The notes beneath the pieces were generated by a model. The model did not search any database. It was not told the origin of the DNA and saw only the letters and a program-made list of their open reading frames with translations. Source: Octopus vulgaris (taxonomy: Eukaryota). Taken from it: a stretch of 64,000 bases of DNA. Within the stretch, counting starts at the first letter, position 1; every line of letters starts with the position of its first letter. The stretch is taken from NCBI GenBank assembly GCA_951406725.2, contig OX597820.1:111228001-111292000 (forward strand), given 5' to 3'. The position numbers and the translations under genes were made by a program. Positions 27,901 to 40,537 of the stretch are shown here, one piece after another.

Positions 27901-28974
27901 TCGACCCTGCTCTGGGTGTGCATGAGCAGGGAAACGTTTCGGTAGAGCACAACTGGAGACGTTTAGTAGTAGATGTAACACACTACCGGCAGGGAACGTA
28001 TCTCTCGATGGTCCATTGTGGGCCGGATGGCCATTTGGAGGGAATTGAGAACAGGCACTGCGGACGAGATGGTACGTATTCTAAACGAGGTATTCTTAGA
28101 GCGGGACCCTGTGGACGAATTGCTGATGGACAACAGCACAGCATTTCGTTCGGAAGCACTGAAGGAGGTACTTGACAGATGGAAAGGGCACCGCTTTTTC
28201 ATAGCGGCATACAGGCCGAGTGGAAATGGGATCGTAGAGAGACATCACCGCCGGAAGCGGTGTTCTGGTACAGCATGCCCCTATCAGGACAGGCCGAATA
28301 GTCCGTGCCACATAGAGCGATATTCAAATATGAATGGCGGCATCCGAGTAAACCATCAAGATGCCCTGTAGAAGAGAGAGAGCTCAACTTCGTGGAGGTG
28401 GTCAAGCCACCAAAGGGTCAAGCCACCAAAGGCACGCTGCACAGCTCAGTGGAACAGAGGAATAGTGACGACTGTCCATTCCAAAAACACCATCTCTGTG
28501 GATGGAATGCTGCGTCATGTCTCGGATGTTCGTAGGATTGTCACTTCGTCGGATGATGATTGTGGAGAAGAGGAAGAGAATGAGGTTACCAGCTTAAGAA
28601 GATCACAATGTGCAAGGTGCCCACCCAGGTGGGTGGTAGATTTCGACATGGAGTGAAGTGAGGAGGTGATCTTCGAGATCAGTGGGGGCGTGTGGGGATG
28701 AGCCGGAAGAAGAGGGTCATGACGTCAATGGTCAATGGACTGACCGGAAGAGGGAGCATGAGAAGGAAAGTGCGAGGAGGAGAGGAGAGGGTTGTCCTCT
28801 TTTCGCTGGCCGAGACATTGCAAACAGACGTCAGGGAGTTCGCTCTCGGGTTGGAGATAGCAGCTACTTGTTTCTGGTTGAGAGGGTAGGGCAAGATCGC
28901 CGGAGTGACTACTACTAGACGGGTTAAGGAGACGAGAGAGAGAAAGGTTAGTGAACCTCTCTTCATTTCCCACG
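24988..28974 (+). mobile_element. Decayed compact Gypsy LTR retrotransposon
   Basis: LTRs 24988-25244 and 28691-28974 (TGTGGGGATGAGCCGGAAGAA); PPT AGTGGGGGCG; gag with two CCHC knuckles, protease ALV(S)TG, RT SSYI(N)D, RNase H CDASS, integrase HH..C..C, VDVTH, MDN.TAF, NGIVER. Confidence 0.9.
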
Positions 28975-29658
28975 CGCGACAGAATGCAATACTATCATCG
29001 GCAACAAGAACAAGAACAAAGACGACAAAAACAACAGGAACAGCCTCGATTCTGTCGATCCTTCTGCCAGAAATGGCAGTCAAATCACTCTTAAATTACA
29101 TCTTACTATATTAGTCAGAAACAAAATCGACTGGCTGGCCGCAGCTTGAATGGTTTCAATCATAGGTCTGCACAAACAGGAGCAAAGCAACAAGACATCC
29201 ACTAGGTGGTCGCTCGACCAGCTGGAAGTAGCAGTCAAATCTCTCTGAAATCGAGCCTTACCTTTTAACAAATAGTGGATGAGATGATTAATGTTATCCG
29301 AGGAACACAATACTTGGAAACAGACAGGATGGTCGTTGAAGGAATGCGTTGAGCAAACATCGCCTCGTTAAGACCTGAGGAATCTCAACAACAACAACAA
29401 CAACACAAAAACAACCACAACAGAGTTAACGCCTCTGCGAACAACGAGAGAAGTAGTACCAACCAGAATATCACTAATAACAGTAACAACAACAAAAGGA
29501 GCGGTGATAACATTAACAACAACAACATCAAACAATAATTACCACAATAACACAATAAAGTAAAAATGAAATTGTCACAACTGCATCAGAGTGGCCTTGC
29601 TATATCACCTTTAATAGAATATAATGCAATAATGGACGAGGTCAATTGAATTATCTTC

Positions 29659-29678
29659 TGACGTCATTGGTCACGTGA
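29659..29678. promoter_or_regulatory. Abutting CRE (TGACGTCA), CCAAT (ATTGG) and E-box (TCACGTGA) motifs
   Basis: Sequence TGACGTCATTGGTCACGTGA in a stretch with no recognised TE. Confidence 0.3.
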
Positions 29679-30494
29679 TGATCGGCTAATTTACTGTAGC
29701 AAGAAACCGTCCAACAATCAGCGTCTAAAAACGATGAAGATCACATATATTCCACACATTGACACGCATATATATATATGCACTCAGCCACGCACACACA
29801 TATGATGAGCATTTGTACACATACAGCTTCGCACATGCGCACACCCACAAACACATTCAAACATACGCACACATACAAACGCGCGCACACACACACACAT
29901 TTGCGCTAACAGGCTGTCTGAAATATAATATTTAGTCAAAGACACGTAGTTATATATTATGGCTAGCATACTCGTGTCGTCAAAAATACCGACAATTCTA
30001 TTAATAATAGAAATACGGTGCATCAAAACAATGAGAGAAACTATTGCTAAATGTCAACTATCGAGTAAATATATGTATATACACAGAATTGAAGGACTTG
30101 AACAAACAGATATAGTTCTGATGTTTCGATTGAAAATGTTATCGTCCACGTACACTATGTATGTAGGTGGAATATGAAACGTACACTTTTCCATGCTCAC
30201 ATGAATCAGACAGATTCTCATTGCCGACCCTTACCGGTTTCCACTTGACTTAATATTCCACCATGCCCAAACGTGATTATGTGGAAGATTGAAAACGAAG
30301 AACACCTCTTGCATGCACTCGCTTACAACTATTCTCGATGTCAAGGCAATGAGACGGTAAAACAAACACACACGTACATACATACACATATATCCCCATA
30401 TATACATATATCTCCATATATACATACACACACACGCACACACAAAATAATATGGCTGACTTATTAGCAATCTAACAACCTAAAGGGAAATTAA

Positions 30495-30783
30495 TAGACG
30501 TCACTAAAGTGACAGAGGGTATAATTAGTACCAGTATTGGTAGAAATAAGAGTCAAAACAACTCAATGGCCACAAAGCACTATCTTAATCCTAGCAGATA
30601 TAGCCAAATCGATTATTTCGGATTTTGATGCCTGCTAGAGGCTTACCTCCCCTTGTCAGACATTAAGATAGTGCTTTGTGTGTCAGACATTAAGATAGTG
30701 CTTTGTGGCTACTAAGTTATTTGACTCTTATTTCTATCAATACTGGCACTAATTAGTACCCTCTGTCACTTTAGTGACGTCAA
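30495..30783. mobile_element. MITE with ~95-bp imperfect TIRs flanked by TTAA
   Basis: GACGTCACTAAAGTGACAGAGGGTA..GCCACAAAGCACTATCTTAAT is inverted at the right end; TTAA at 30491-30494 and 30784-30787; internal 27-bp tandem duplication 30654-30707. Confidence 0.85.
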
Positions 30784-30833
<50 letters not shown>

Positions 30834-30834
<1 letters not shown>

Positions 30835-33355
30835 TAGCAGAAAGACCACCATCCAGGCGGTTTTCTGCTAGCCACTTGATAATATTTTCACATTGGATTC
30901 CCAATTCTAATAACTTTTATATTTTACGTCTAATTATTTCTTTATATAATAGTGCTCACTTACTTAGTAATTGTTCCTTTCATTATTTTATCACAGTCAT
31001 AAGCTCTCTTTTTTAAACAAACATCACGGTAGTCCAACAACAGTGGGAAAAGCAGTTTGTCAAGTTTTACCTTACCCTCAAAGCAACATAGAGATTTCAA
31101 TTCAGCAGCCCATCTATAAGCTTTGAAGTGTGTGTGTGAGAGAGGGGGGCGAGAGATAACATTGCAAACAATGAATGAAATAAACAGGAAATGAAAAAGT
31201 CGTATGAATAAAAGGATATTACCACAGATATATATGTCCCCGACTTTGTTGCCTCATAACATCCAGAAAACTGGATACATTTTAACAAATTTTCTACAAA
31301 TACCGCTTAGATATTGTGGCTTCAGAGTATATAGGGATTTATGGGAAAGAATTTTTCCGAGGCGGTGGAGAGAGGAGTTTCGGAAAATTCGCATGATCTG
31401 ACTTTTTTCCCTCATAACTTTCAGGAAGATGGGTATCTTTTAATGAAAATTTATACAAATCCTTTTCAAACGGCATAGATTACGATTATAAAGAAATTTG
31501 TGGTGGTTTTTCCCATATTTTAAAGCCACAGCCTTCGAAATGATGGTATTAAGGGGCGGGCATCTTTGTATGAAAAAGTTTTTAAAAACTCATTTTTTAC
31601 ACCCTCTCCCTCCTCCTCCCACTCCTGACCGATTTTGGCCAATTTTTTTTCGCACTTCAAAACCATGGGAAGAGCATTTTCGGTGAAAAAAATAAAAAGA
31701 AAACTGTTAATATTTGCAGAGGGAAAAGTGGGGGCAATTTGTCTGTTGTTTCTAGCACATTCAAAGATAACCCTCCTCGTTTCTTTATCGCTCTTGGATG
31801 TATTCATATTTTTCAACATTTTCCCCATAAATACATTTATATGCTATAAAAAAGAAAATTTGAGAAATTATGAATTTTTTCCAACCCCATTCGCTGCCCC
31901 CGATTGTTTCTGTTTAGAAACTGAAATATTGGAGAGCCTGAGAAAGTCATTGCTGGCATTTATCCCCAGTGATTTTTTAAAATTACGGTTAATGTACTTG
32001 CATAGCAAGTGAGTTTCACGGCACTACTTAAATACAGATGTCCTGATGCATCTACGTAACGATATGAAGCGGGGTAGTTTTAGGGTAAACAACATTCTTT
32101 GTTTTCTGGTTTGGAGCATAGACAAATAGGTCTTGCAAACTAACTACCCTGGATAAACCAACATAAAGTTGACAATGAGAAAAGCAAGCCAGTAGATTTC
32201 AAAGACTGATCTTGGGCTTTATTAAAAAACATTGCAAAGCAATGTCGCACCGGGAATTGTATCTCAAATGGCATGTCTGTTGGTTTGATTGGAATTCCTG
32301 GAATGAAAACCTCTGCCCCAGAGGCACACCCATTGATGGTGGTAGCTTTTGTCACATTAAGTGATAATGTCATCACAATCAACCTTGTTCCATTGCATAA
32401 TTTAGGAAGATCTAAATTTCTTAGAAGCATTATTGGGACACCTACCTTCAGAAAAAGTTTAGCTGGGGGAGTTCCAGGTTGCTCAAGAGAATTAAGAAAC
32501 TCTGTTGGATAATGGACAGCTTGATTTTCATCAAGGACTGAATCAACTGATTTGTACTCCTTTATGACTGTTGGAATCTTATTCATTAAATTATGGTTAA
32601 TACTGTCTCATTTTTTTTGAGCAAGAATTGCCGTTTCACACAACCATTTATATGAATTATAGTTATTACCTAAGTCTGGAAATACCCTGTTCTTCAATTT
32701 TGCTGGGGAATTCACCACCATGGCAATATGAGCCAAATTGATATCACCCTTCCCATCAAATGTTACTTTCCCATTTCCTAATTGGAGGAGCCAGGTTGAA
32801 AACTGTTTTGCGCATTGGTCCCCATGTAATAAAGCTCGCACATTAGTAATGAAGGAGGATTTCTGTACTTTATTCCATAGGTTTGAAGACTTAATACATA
32901 CTTTTATTTCATCAGGTGTTGTTCATCTCGGAATGACTGGTAATGTCTGTCTGATCTCCTGATAAAACTAATTTATCTCCTTCCATAGGTTTATTGTTGC
33001 CTCTTATGTCCTGTAAGGTCTTACCAAGAGCTTCATTTGCATCTCTTTGTGACATGGTGCGTTCATTCCAAATGATCAGGTGGCATTGGCGCAACACTTC
33101 TGCTGAACCTGAACTTTTGCTTATGTAACAAATTGGACTGTCATTTGTGTCCAGGTTTAGCGGTAATTTAAAAGCAGAATGAGCTGTTCGTCCTCCTGGG
33201 AGAATGGTGAAAGCAATGCCAGACAGTGGTACAGCAACTGCAATTCTTTTTTGTTGCCTTACCTTGGAGAGAAGCAATCTTGTTACAACTGTTTTACCTG
33301 TGCCACCAGGAACATCAAGAAAGAAAATTCCTCTGCTTTTTTCTGGCGATTGTGG
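30834..33355 (-). mobile_element. Decayed Helitron (Pif1 helicase portion and 3' end)
   Basis: FFLDVPGGTGKT, GGRTAHSAFKLPL, LKVGVPIMLLRNL..LCNGTRL, QFPV..FAM..NKAQ.QSL; 3' GC hairpin then CTAG|T at 30834 next to (TA)n. Confidence 0.9.
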
Positions 33356-33372
33356 AACGCTGCACACATACG

Positions 33373-33406
<34 letters not shown>

Positions 33407-33465
33407 CAGATATACACATACAGTATCAAACTTCAGATGAAATGGACGTGTGTGTGAGAGAGAGA

Positions 33466-33700
33466 GAGTGAGTGAAGGGGTGTGTTGTCATGTATACGTA
33501 CATACATAAATAAATAGGTATACATCTTTCTTGTATGTATGTGTATGTGTGTGCGTGCGTGCGTGTGTCTTGTGTGAGAGAGGGAGTGCCACTTAAACAT
33601 CACTCTCTCTCACACACGCACACATACATACAAAAATGATGTATGTATATGTATTTATTTATGTACGTATACATGACAACACACCCTTCCCTCACTCACA
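33466..33700. repeat. Imperfect palindrome (~110-bp arms)
   Basis: GAAGGGGTGTGTTGTCATGTATACGTACATA vs TATGTACGTATACATGACAACACACCCTTC; centre ~33589-33600. Confidence 0.75.
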
Positions 33701-34535
33701 CACAAACACACACACATACATAAATGGATACAAACGTACGTACAAAAACACACGTGTGCGTGTGTGACTGACTACAAATACATAAAGCTGAACACGGCGT
33801 GCAAAAAGAAAATAAATAAATAAAATTTACGGAAATTAACGAAAAGGGAATAATAACTTGGTTATTGTTATTAATTTGGTTACTACCATTATTAGTTCTT
33901 GGATTATTGGGGTTTGAGTGATTATTATTGTTTGCTCTTAATCTAGCTTTTTTAATTCTGGTTTTATTAGCTGCCTCATAGCTAAGTATAATAAAACCAG
34001 AATAAACAATAATAATCACTCAAACCCCAATAATCCAAGAACTAATAATGGTAGTAACCAAATTAATAACAATAACCAAGTTATTATTCCTGCACCTATG
34101 GTGTCTAACCACCTGGTTAACAACGTAGAGATAACTGATAGTGGTTCCCTAAATAATGACTTTAGTATTGATAACAACAGTGGCTATATTAATAATAGTA
34201 ACAATAACTATAATAATAATAATGGCAAAAACAGTAATTACTATAGTAATAATCATGATAGAAATAACAGTGTTGATAATGGTAGTAACAGCACTAATTA
34301 TAATGATAGCAATAATAGTAAGCCCAATAACCCTACTCCTATATCGAATCACAGTGTAACGGATGAACCGATAAACCCAGACCCAACACGGATTGGTGGC
34401 ACACCATATAATACTGCCACATAAAATGAAGCTACTACTACTAATAATAATAGAATAACTCAGTCCACCTCAAACAATAATTGCGGAAATAATTATACTA
34501 ATCACAATACCAATATAATTAATAATACTGGTGAT

Positions 34536-35162
34536 ATGGATAATAGATCTAGCATTAGTACTAACGATAGAGGGAATAAAGGTAGGAAAACTTTGAACAG
34601 CACCAATAGAGATAATAACAATAATAATAACGACAGTGTAGGTATAGTCTCTATCTACTATAGTAGTAGCCAGGATAAAAACCCTATCAAAATTGACCCT
34701 CTATGGGTAAATAACGGACGGTCTGAAAATTATAATTTCGGGTGCAATTGTGTAACAACATGTCCTTTACGTGGAAATTTCCTAGCAAAAAGCATAGTCT
34801 ACTCTTGTGAAATAATTACGGAATTAAATACTCTCACCTACATTGGGTGTTCATCCGCCTGGAAATCTAGGTTCTATAACCATAGGTCGTCCTTTAGACT
34901 CAAACATAAGGCTAATAGTGCTTCCTTATCGCGTAGGATATGGGAACTTAAAGATAAAAATATCAACTTTAATCTTAGATGGTCCATAGTGGGATCGGCA
35001 GCGACTTATAAAAATATTAGAACTGGTTGCCAGTTATGTTCCTTAGAACTCCTGAAAATCATTAGATTCCCTGATAAAGACAAGCTAGTTAATAAAAGAT
35101 CTGAATTCAAACCAACTTGCATGCATAAACTGACTAAAACCTTTAAATACTATAATCCTTAA
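34536..35162 (+). CDS. Naiad-type GIY-YIG endonuclease (C-terminal part of the PLE ORF)
   Basis: GIY-YIG motifs IVY/YIG, catalytic R, E and N positions, and Naiad Cys pattern. Confidence 0.88.
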   Translation: MDNRSSISTNDRGNKGRKTLNSTNRDNNNNNNDSVGIVSIYYSSSQDKNPIKIDPLWVNNGRSENYNFGCNCVTTCPLRGNFLAKSIVYSCEIITELNTLTYIGCSSAWKSRFYNHRSSFRLKHKANSASLSRRIWELKDKNINFNLRWSIVGSAATYKNIRTGCQLCSLELLKIIRFPDKDKLVNKRSEFKPTCMHKLTKTFKYYNP

Positions 35163-35631
35163 ATCTCCATTATCTACTTTAATCCCTTCATGATCGTCTC
35201 ACATTGGAACTTCCATCATCTGCTCCCTCCTGCCACTATTCAGGCATTGGATTAGCAACTCCTAGTTTTACCCCCAACTACTTACTTATTCGGTATACCC
35301 CATATAGTATGCACGTATTAATCAATCTGAGAACTTTTATACTTATTTATACAGAACATAGATAAATAATCTAGTCATTGACTCTATAATTTAGAATATC
35401 ACTACCAACCAATACTAATAACTTCATTAATGTTTATAATAACATTATACTAGTAATAATGGGTAAATAGGAACCTCGACTTTTTTAACTTCATACACTT
35501 CCTAAACAATCAAAATAGGAGTATAATTTACATAAGCGGATAATCTTGAAATCTCTCCAATCAATATATATTTTTCCAATCACTATATTATTACTATTAT
35601 ATTATAATATTATAGTATTATTATTATTATT

Positions 35632-36185
35632 GAGTGAGAGAGCAGTTCATGCCATCAAAGTGACACTGGGGTAAAATATATGAAGCCCAATATACCCATC
35701 ATGACTACCCGTCTGATAAGGGTACACCAGGCACATGCATCACAACCATATGTGCGCGACATGGTGATCTCATATCAAGATAAACAGCACATGACCTTGC
35801 AGGTGGGGCCCAGTTAGAATTTTCTTCAGGTTGGGTAGCCCATCCCGCTCAAAAGGTCCCTGAATTAGGGTTGTTTAAGGATGTTGAAAGAACCACCCAT
35901 GTTTCCAGAGGTGAATTATTCAAACCCCAAAGAATCCCTCTCAACACATGGCTATGATGCTCCCCCACTACTTCTGCTCGTGATCAGAGATGCATATATC
36001 GTCAGCCACTAAGGGACATGCTCAACTGGTTAAGGTCAAACAACTGACAAGCAAATCTGTGGTATTGAGCAGAATATTTGCTGTAGCCCATCTTTTATAC
36101 CAAGACAAAACAATGTACATGATAACACTTCCAATCAGTTAAGATCAGAAGCCATGAGAGCCACTGCCTGGTACTGCATCAGGGC
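35632..36185 (-). mobile_element. ~555-bp non-coding element in (TAA)n, copy 2
   Basis: Reverse complement of 6262-6819 with the same termini; TTA repeats on both sides. Confidence 0.88.
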
Positions 36186-36199
36186 ATTTATTATTATTA

Positions 36200-36246
<47 letters not shown>

Positions 36247-37009
36247 TATTATTATTATTATTATTATTATCATTACGATTATTATAATTTTTCTTTGTAT
36301 TTTATCTTTAAATTCCATCATAATATTCATTTCAGCTTATCTTATTTCTTATTTCTTATTTTTTATTTTTTATTTTTATTTTATTTTTTGTCTTTTATTC
36401 TTTACATTTTCACTTTGCTCTTTACCTCTTTGTAACATATTACTATTTATTATTATTTATCTTTTTATGTGTTATGTCAGATATCTTTTGAGCATTTCCA
36501 AATATATTTGATGGATTTTGATATATTATTGATATATTATTGATACATTCTCAGTTTAAGCTGTCAGTATCTTACTAAGTGTGTGTGTGTGTGTCAGTAT
36601 TTTACTAAGTGTTATGTCCTTTCAATTACGTTATTTTTAGAAAAACTGATAATCCATCACTCCGACTTGTAGTTACTTAATGACAGGCCTACTGGATAGA
36701 TTTTTTAAAAACTCTTTTTTAAAAAAAATGACAGGCCTATTAGATAGATAAAAAAAAACCTTTTGAAAAAAACATTTTTTTAATCTTTTTAAAAACTTTT
36801 AAATATATGGAACTCAATCTTTGGAGAATAGTATATTAAGCTATATTAAATTATTAAATATTAAATCATTAAATTATTACTGTTATGTGCTCAAAAACAA
36901 TATAGACACTTATAAGATGTAATGTATGTGTGTATATACATGGATATAAGTGCGTGAATATATGCGGATATTATACATGGGGATATATATATGTATACAT
37001 ATGTATGTG

Positions 37010-37180
<171 letters not shown>

Positions 37181-38122
37181 AAAGATATGTGTGTGTTTGT
37201 GTGTGTGTATAGATATCTATATCTGTACATATGCTTAAGGATAGGTGGATATAGTAGTGTATGTATGTTTACTAGGGTTTAACTGGAGATATGTGTGCGG
37301 ATGTGTGTGTAATTCCATGTATTTAATGCTGTGCATAATGAGGCATACGTGTATACACTCGAGCATGTTAGCTTATATATATATATATATATATATGTAT
37401 GAGTACGTGTATATACACACACATATACATATACAATAAACTTATAAAGCTAGTAACTTATGGCGGCGGGCTTGTGTAAACTGACCATTCATCACAACGA
37501 TGTCAAATTACAACCTCAATCAGTATTTCAGCGAGTGGTCAGTGGTCGAAATTAAGAAGTTATTTATGACCACTGCCATCCCATCAAAGCCAAAATCTCA
37601 TTCTCAGCCCTTCAGTATCTTATCTCTTTATCTCTTACTCTACTTTATATTCTCAATTCTTTTGTTTTTATCTTTTTCGTTACTTTATTCTTATTTGGCT
37701 AATTCTTATTTATATGTGGTTCTAACTTTATTATCCTTATTTTTACTTTTTTATTATTTTTGCTTCCATTGTCTTTTACTTCCAGTACTCTTACTCTTTA
37801 TTTCTTGTTTTTCATTGTTTTATTTTTTAATTTTTAACTTTTATTTTTTCTCTCTATTTTTTCTTTCTATCTTATTTTCCTTCCTATCTCATACAAGAGA
37901 ATTGAATATAAACCCATTCCAATCTATTTAACATTCACTCTATGTTGACTGGTGATACAGTATGGGCATATTTTCGAAATCCAATGAATCTTTATACATT
38001 TATACAGTTATGAAATTTTACAAATACACTTTTTCAAGGAAATATGATAAACCTATTACAATGGGTAATACTACATGTACTTTTCATATTTTTTATATTG
38101 TGATGAAATTCTTTGGACTTAC

Positions 38123-38226
38123 GATGTTTGCGGTTGAAGAGAGCTTTAAACCATCTTTTATATCAATAATACACTGATGTAATAACGGATTGTTTATAAA
38201 GCTTGAAACACGTGTACCGCGATATC
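38123..38226 (+). ncRNA. Type I hammerhead ribozyme (C3U variant, long stem II)
   Basis: Stem I GCGG/CCGC (extendable), core UUGAAGA 38134-38140, stem II GAGCUUUA/UAAAGCUU, GAAA 38205-38208, palindromic ACACGUGU, cleavage triplet GUA. Confidence 0.8.
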
Positions 38227-38331
38227 CTTTGTGTTCTGGTTTTAATTTTATTTGATATATTCTCTCTCACCTCTGCCGCTATCTGGCATATACAGGGCTT
38301 ACACTCATCAAGTATTCACCCTAAATTTAAA

Positions 38332-38381
<50 letters not shown>

Positions 38382-38526
38382 CGGAATGGTCATATTGCCA
38401 GTTTAGCCAATAAAAACACACGCACTATATATTTGGTGTTATTTTGCTTCAGTGATATTTATTTTTTACATTAATCTTAATCTTATTTCGGCCAAAGTTC
38501 TTTCGTCACACTCCTGTGACCGCATC

Positions 38527-38988
38527 AGAATTAAGGTTGTTGAAAAGCCAGGCAACCCTATCAGATCTATAATTGGTAGAACCTATCCTTTTAGTAGAAC
38601 TCTCTGTACGGATAACTATTGCACTGTATGTAGATTTAGCCCACAAACAAACTGTAAAGCCAGAAATGTGGTCTATAGTATAAGATGTATAGAGGGACGA
38701 TGCAGTAACAAGACAGTAACATACGTAGGGGAAACAGCAAGAAGCATTGGAGAGCGGGTGAATGAACATTGGAGACAACTCAAGGAAGGTAAAAGCTCAT
38801 CGATTCTGTACCAACACGCCGAACAAGAACACGGGGGATCAATCAATAACATAGAGATTAAGATATTGTCCACACATAGAACAGATGCAACAATTAGACA
38901 AATTACAGAAGCTACACATATAATAGAAAATAAACCTAGCCTGAATAGAAAACTAGAATGGAGCAATAGCACACACCACAACATATGA
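38527..38988 (+). CDS. Neptune-type Zn-linker plus GIY-YIG endonuclease (5'-truncated)
   Basis: RIKVVEKPG..CTVC..CKARNVVYSIRC..YVGETARSIGERVNEH..RQITEA..LNRKLEW. Confidence 0.88.
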   Translation, partial: RIKVVEKPGNPIRSIIGRTYPFSRTLCTDNYCTVCRFSPQTNCKARNVVYSIRCIEGRCSNKTVTYVGETARSIGERVNEHWRQLKEGKSSSILYQHAEQEHGGSINNIEIKILSTHRTDATIRQITEATHIIENKPSLNRKLEWSNSTHHNI

Positions 38989-39447
38989 CGATAGTGGATC
39001 CTGCAAACATAATAAATACACAGATAATTAAAGAAATAGAAATGAATAACTATATATATGTATGTGTGTATATGTATACATATATGTATATGTGTATATA
39101 TGTGTGTATATATGTATATATATATTTTTTTTTTTCGATTAGATTTATTATTATTATTACTAATATTGTTGTTATACATACATACAAGCATATGTAATGA
39201 TAATAATGGGTGGATGTAAACACATGAACAAAATTCGAACAAAAGCAACAACAACAAAAACAAAATACAAATTACATGAATGTTATAAACAGAAGATACA
39301 AATATTACAGGCATCCCCCCACACACACACTAAATAAACATAGACGCACATAGAGATATAAGCATGCACAAATGAAGACATACAATAGAAATACAAAATG
39401 GCTGACGGTTAGTAAGGAGAGACACAAGTAAGTGAGAAGAAAACAAA

Positions 39448-39492
39448 GGACCACTGATGCGGTCACAGGAGTGTGACGAAAGAACTTTGGCC
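39448..39492 (+). ncRNA. Candidate non-canonical minimal hammerhead in the Neptune pLTR
   Basis: GGACCA-CUGAUGCG-GUCACA(GGAG)UGUGAC-GAAA-GAACUU-UGGCC. Confidence 0.5.
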
Positions 39493-39662
39493 GAAATAAG
39501 ATTAAGATTAATGTAAAAAATAAATATCACTGAAGCAAAATAACACCAAATATATAGTGCGTGTGTTTTTATTGGCTAAACTGGCAATATGACCATTCCG
39601 AAATATAACAATATCTGTTTCAACACACGACTTCACATAAAAAATCTTGCACAACAAATATT

Positions 39663-39843
<181 letters not shown>

Positions 39844-39910
39844 AAATACATAAATATATATATATATATAAATATATATATATAGTGGCTTGCCATCCAA
39901 ATACACACAT

Positions 39911-39950
<40 letters not shown>

Positions 39951-39958
<8 letters not shown>

Positions 39959-40471
39959 ATATTTCGGAATGGTCATTTTGCCAGTTTAGCCAATAAAAAC
40001 ACACGCACTATATATTTGGTGTTACTTTGCTTCAGTGATATTTTTTTTACATTAATCTTAATCTTATTTCGGCCAGAGTTCTTTCGTCACACTCCTGTGA
40101 CTGCATCAGTGGTCCTTTGTTTTCTTCTTTCTTATTTGTGTCTCTCCTTACTAACCGTCAGCCATTTTGTATTTCTATTGTATGTCTTCATTTGCGCATG
40201 CTTATATCTCTGTGTGCGTCTATGTTTATTTCGTGTGTGTATGTGGGGGGATGCCTGTAATATTTGTATCTTCTGTTTATAAACATTCATGTAATTTGTA
40301 TTTTGTTTTTGTTGTTGTTGTTTTTGTTTATTCTTATTTTGTTCATGTGTTTACATCCACTTATTATTATCATTACATATGCTTGTATGTATGTATGTAT
40401 GTATGTATGTATGTATGTATGTATGTATAACACAATACTAGTAATAATAATATAAATAATAAATCAAATCG

Positions 40472-40537
<66 letters not shown>

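Noticed and set aside
30231-30360. Possible minus-strand exon ending at a GTAAG donor
   Set aside because: No clear acceptor or recognisable protein; insufficient support
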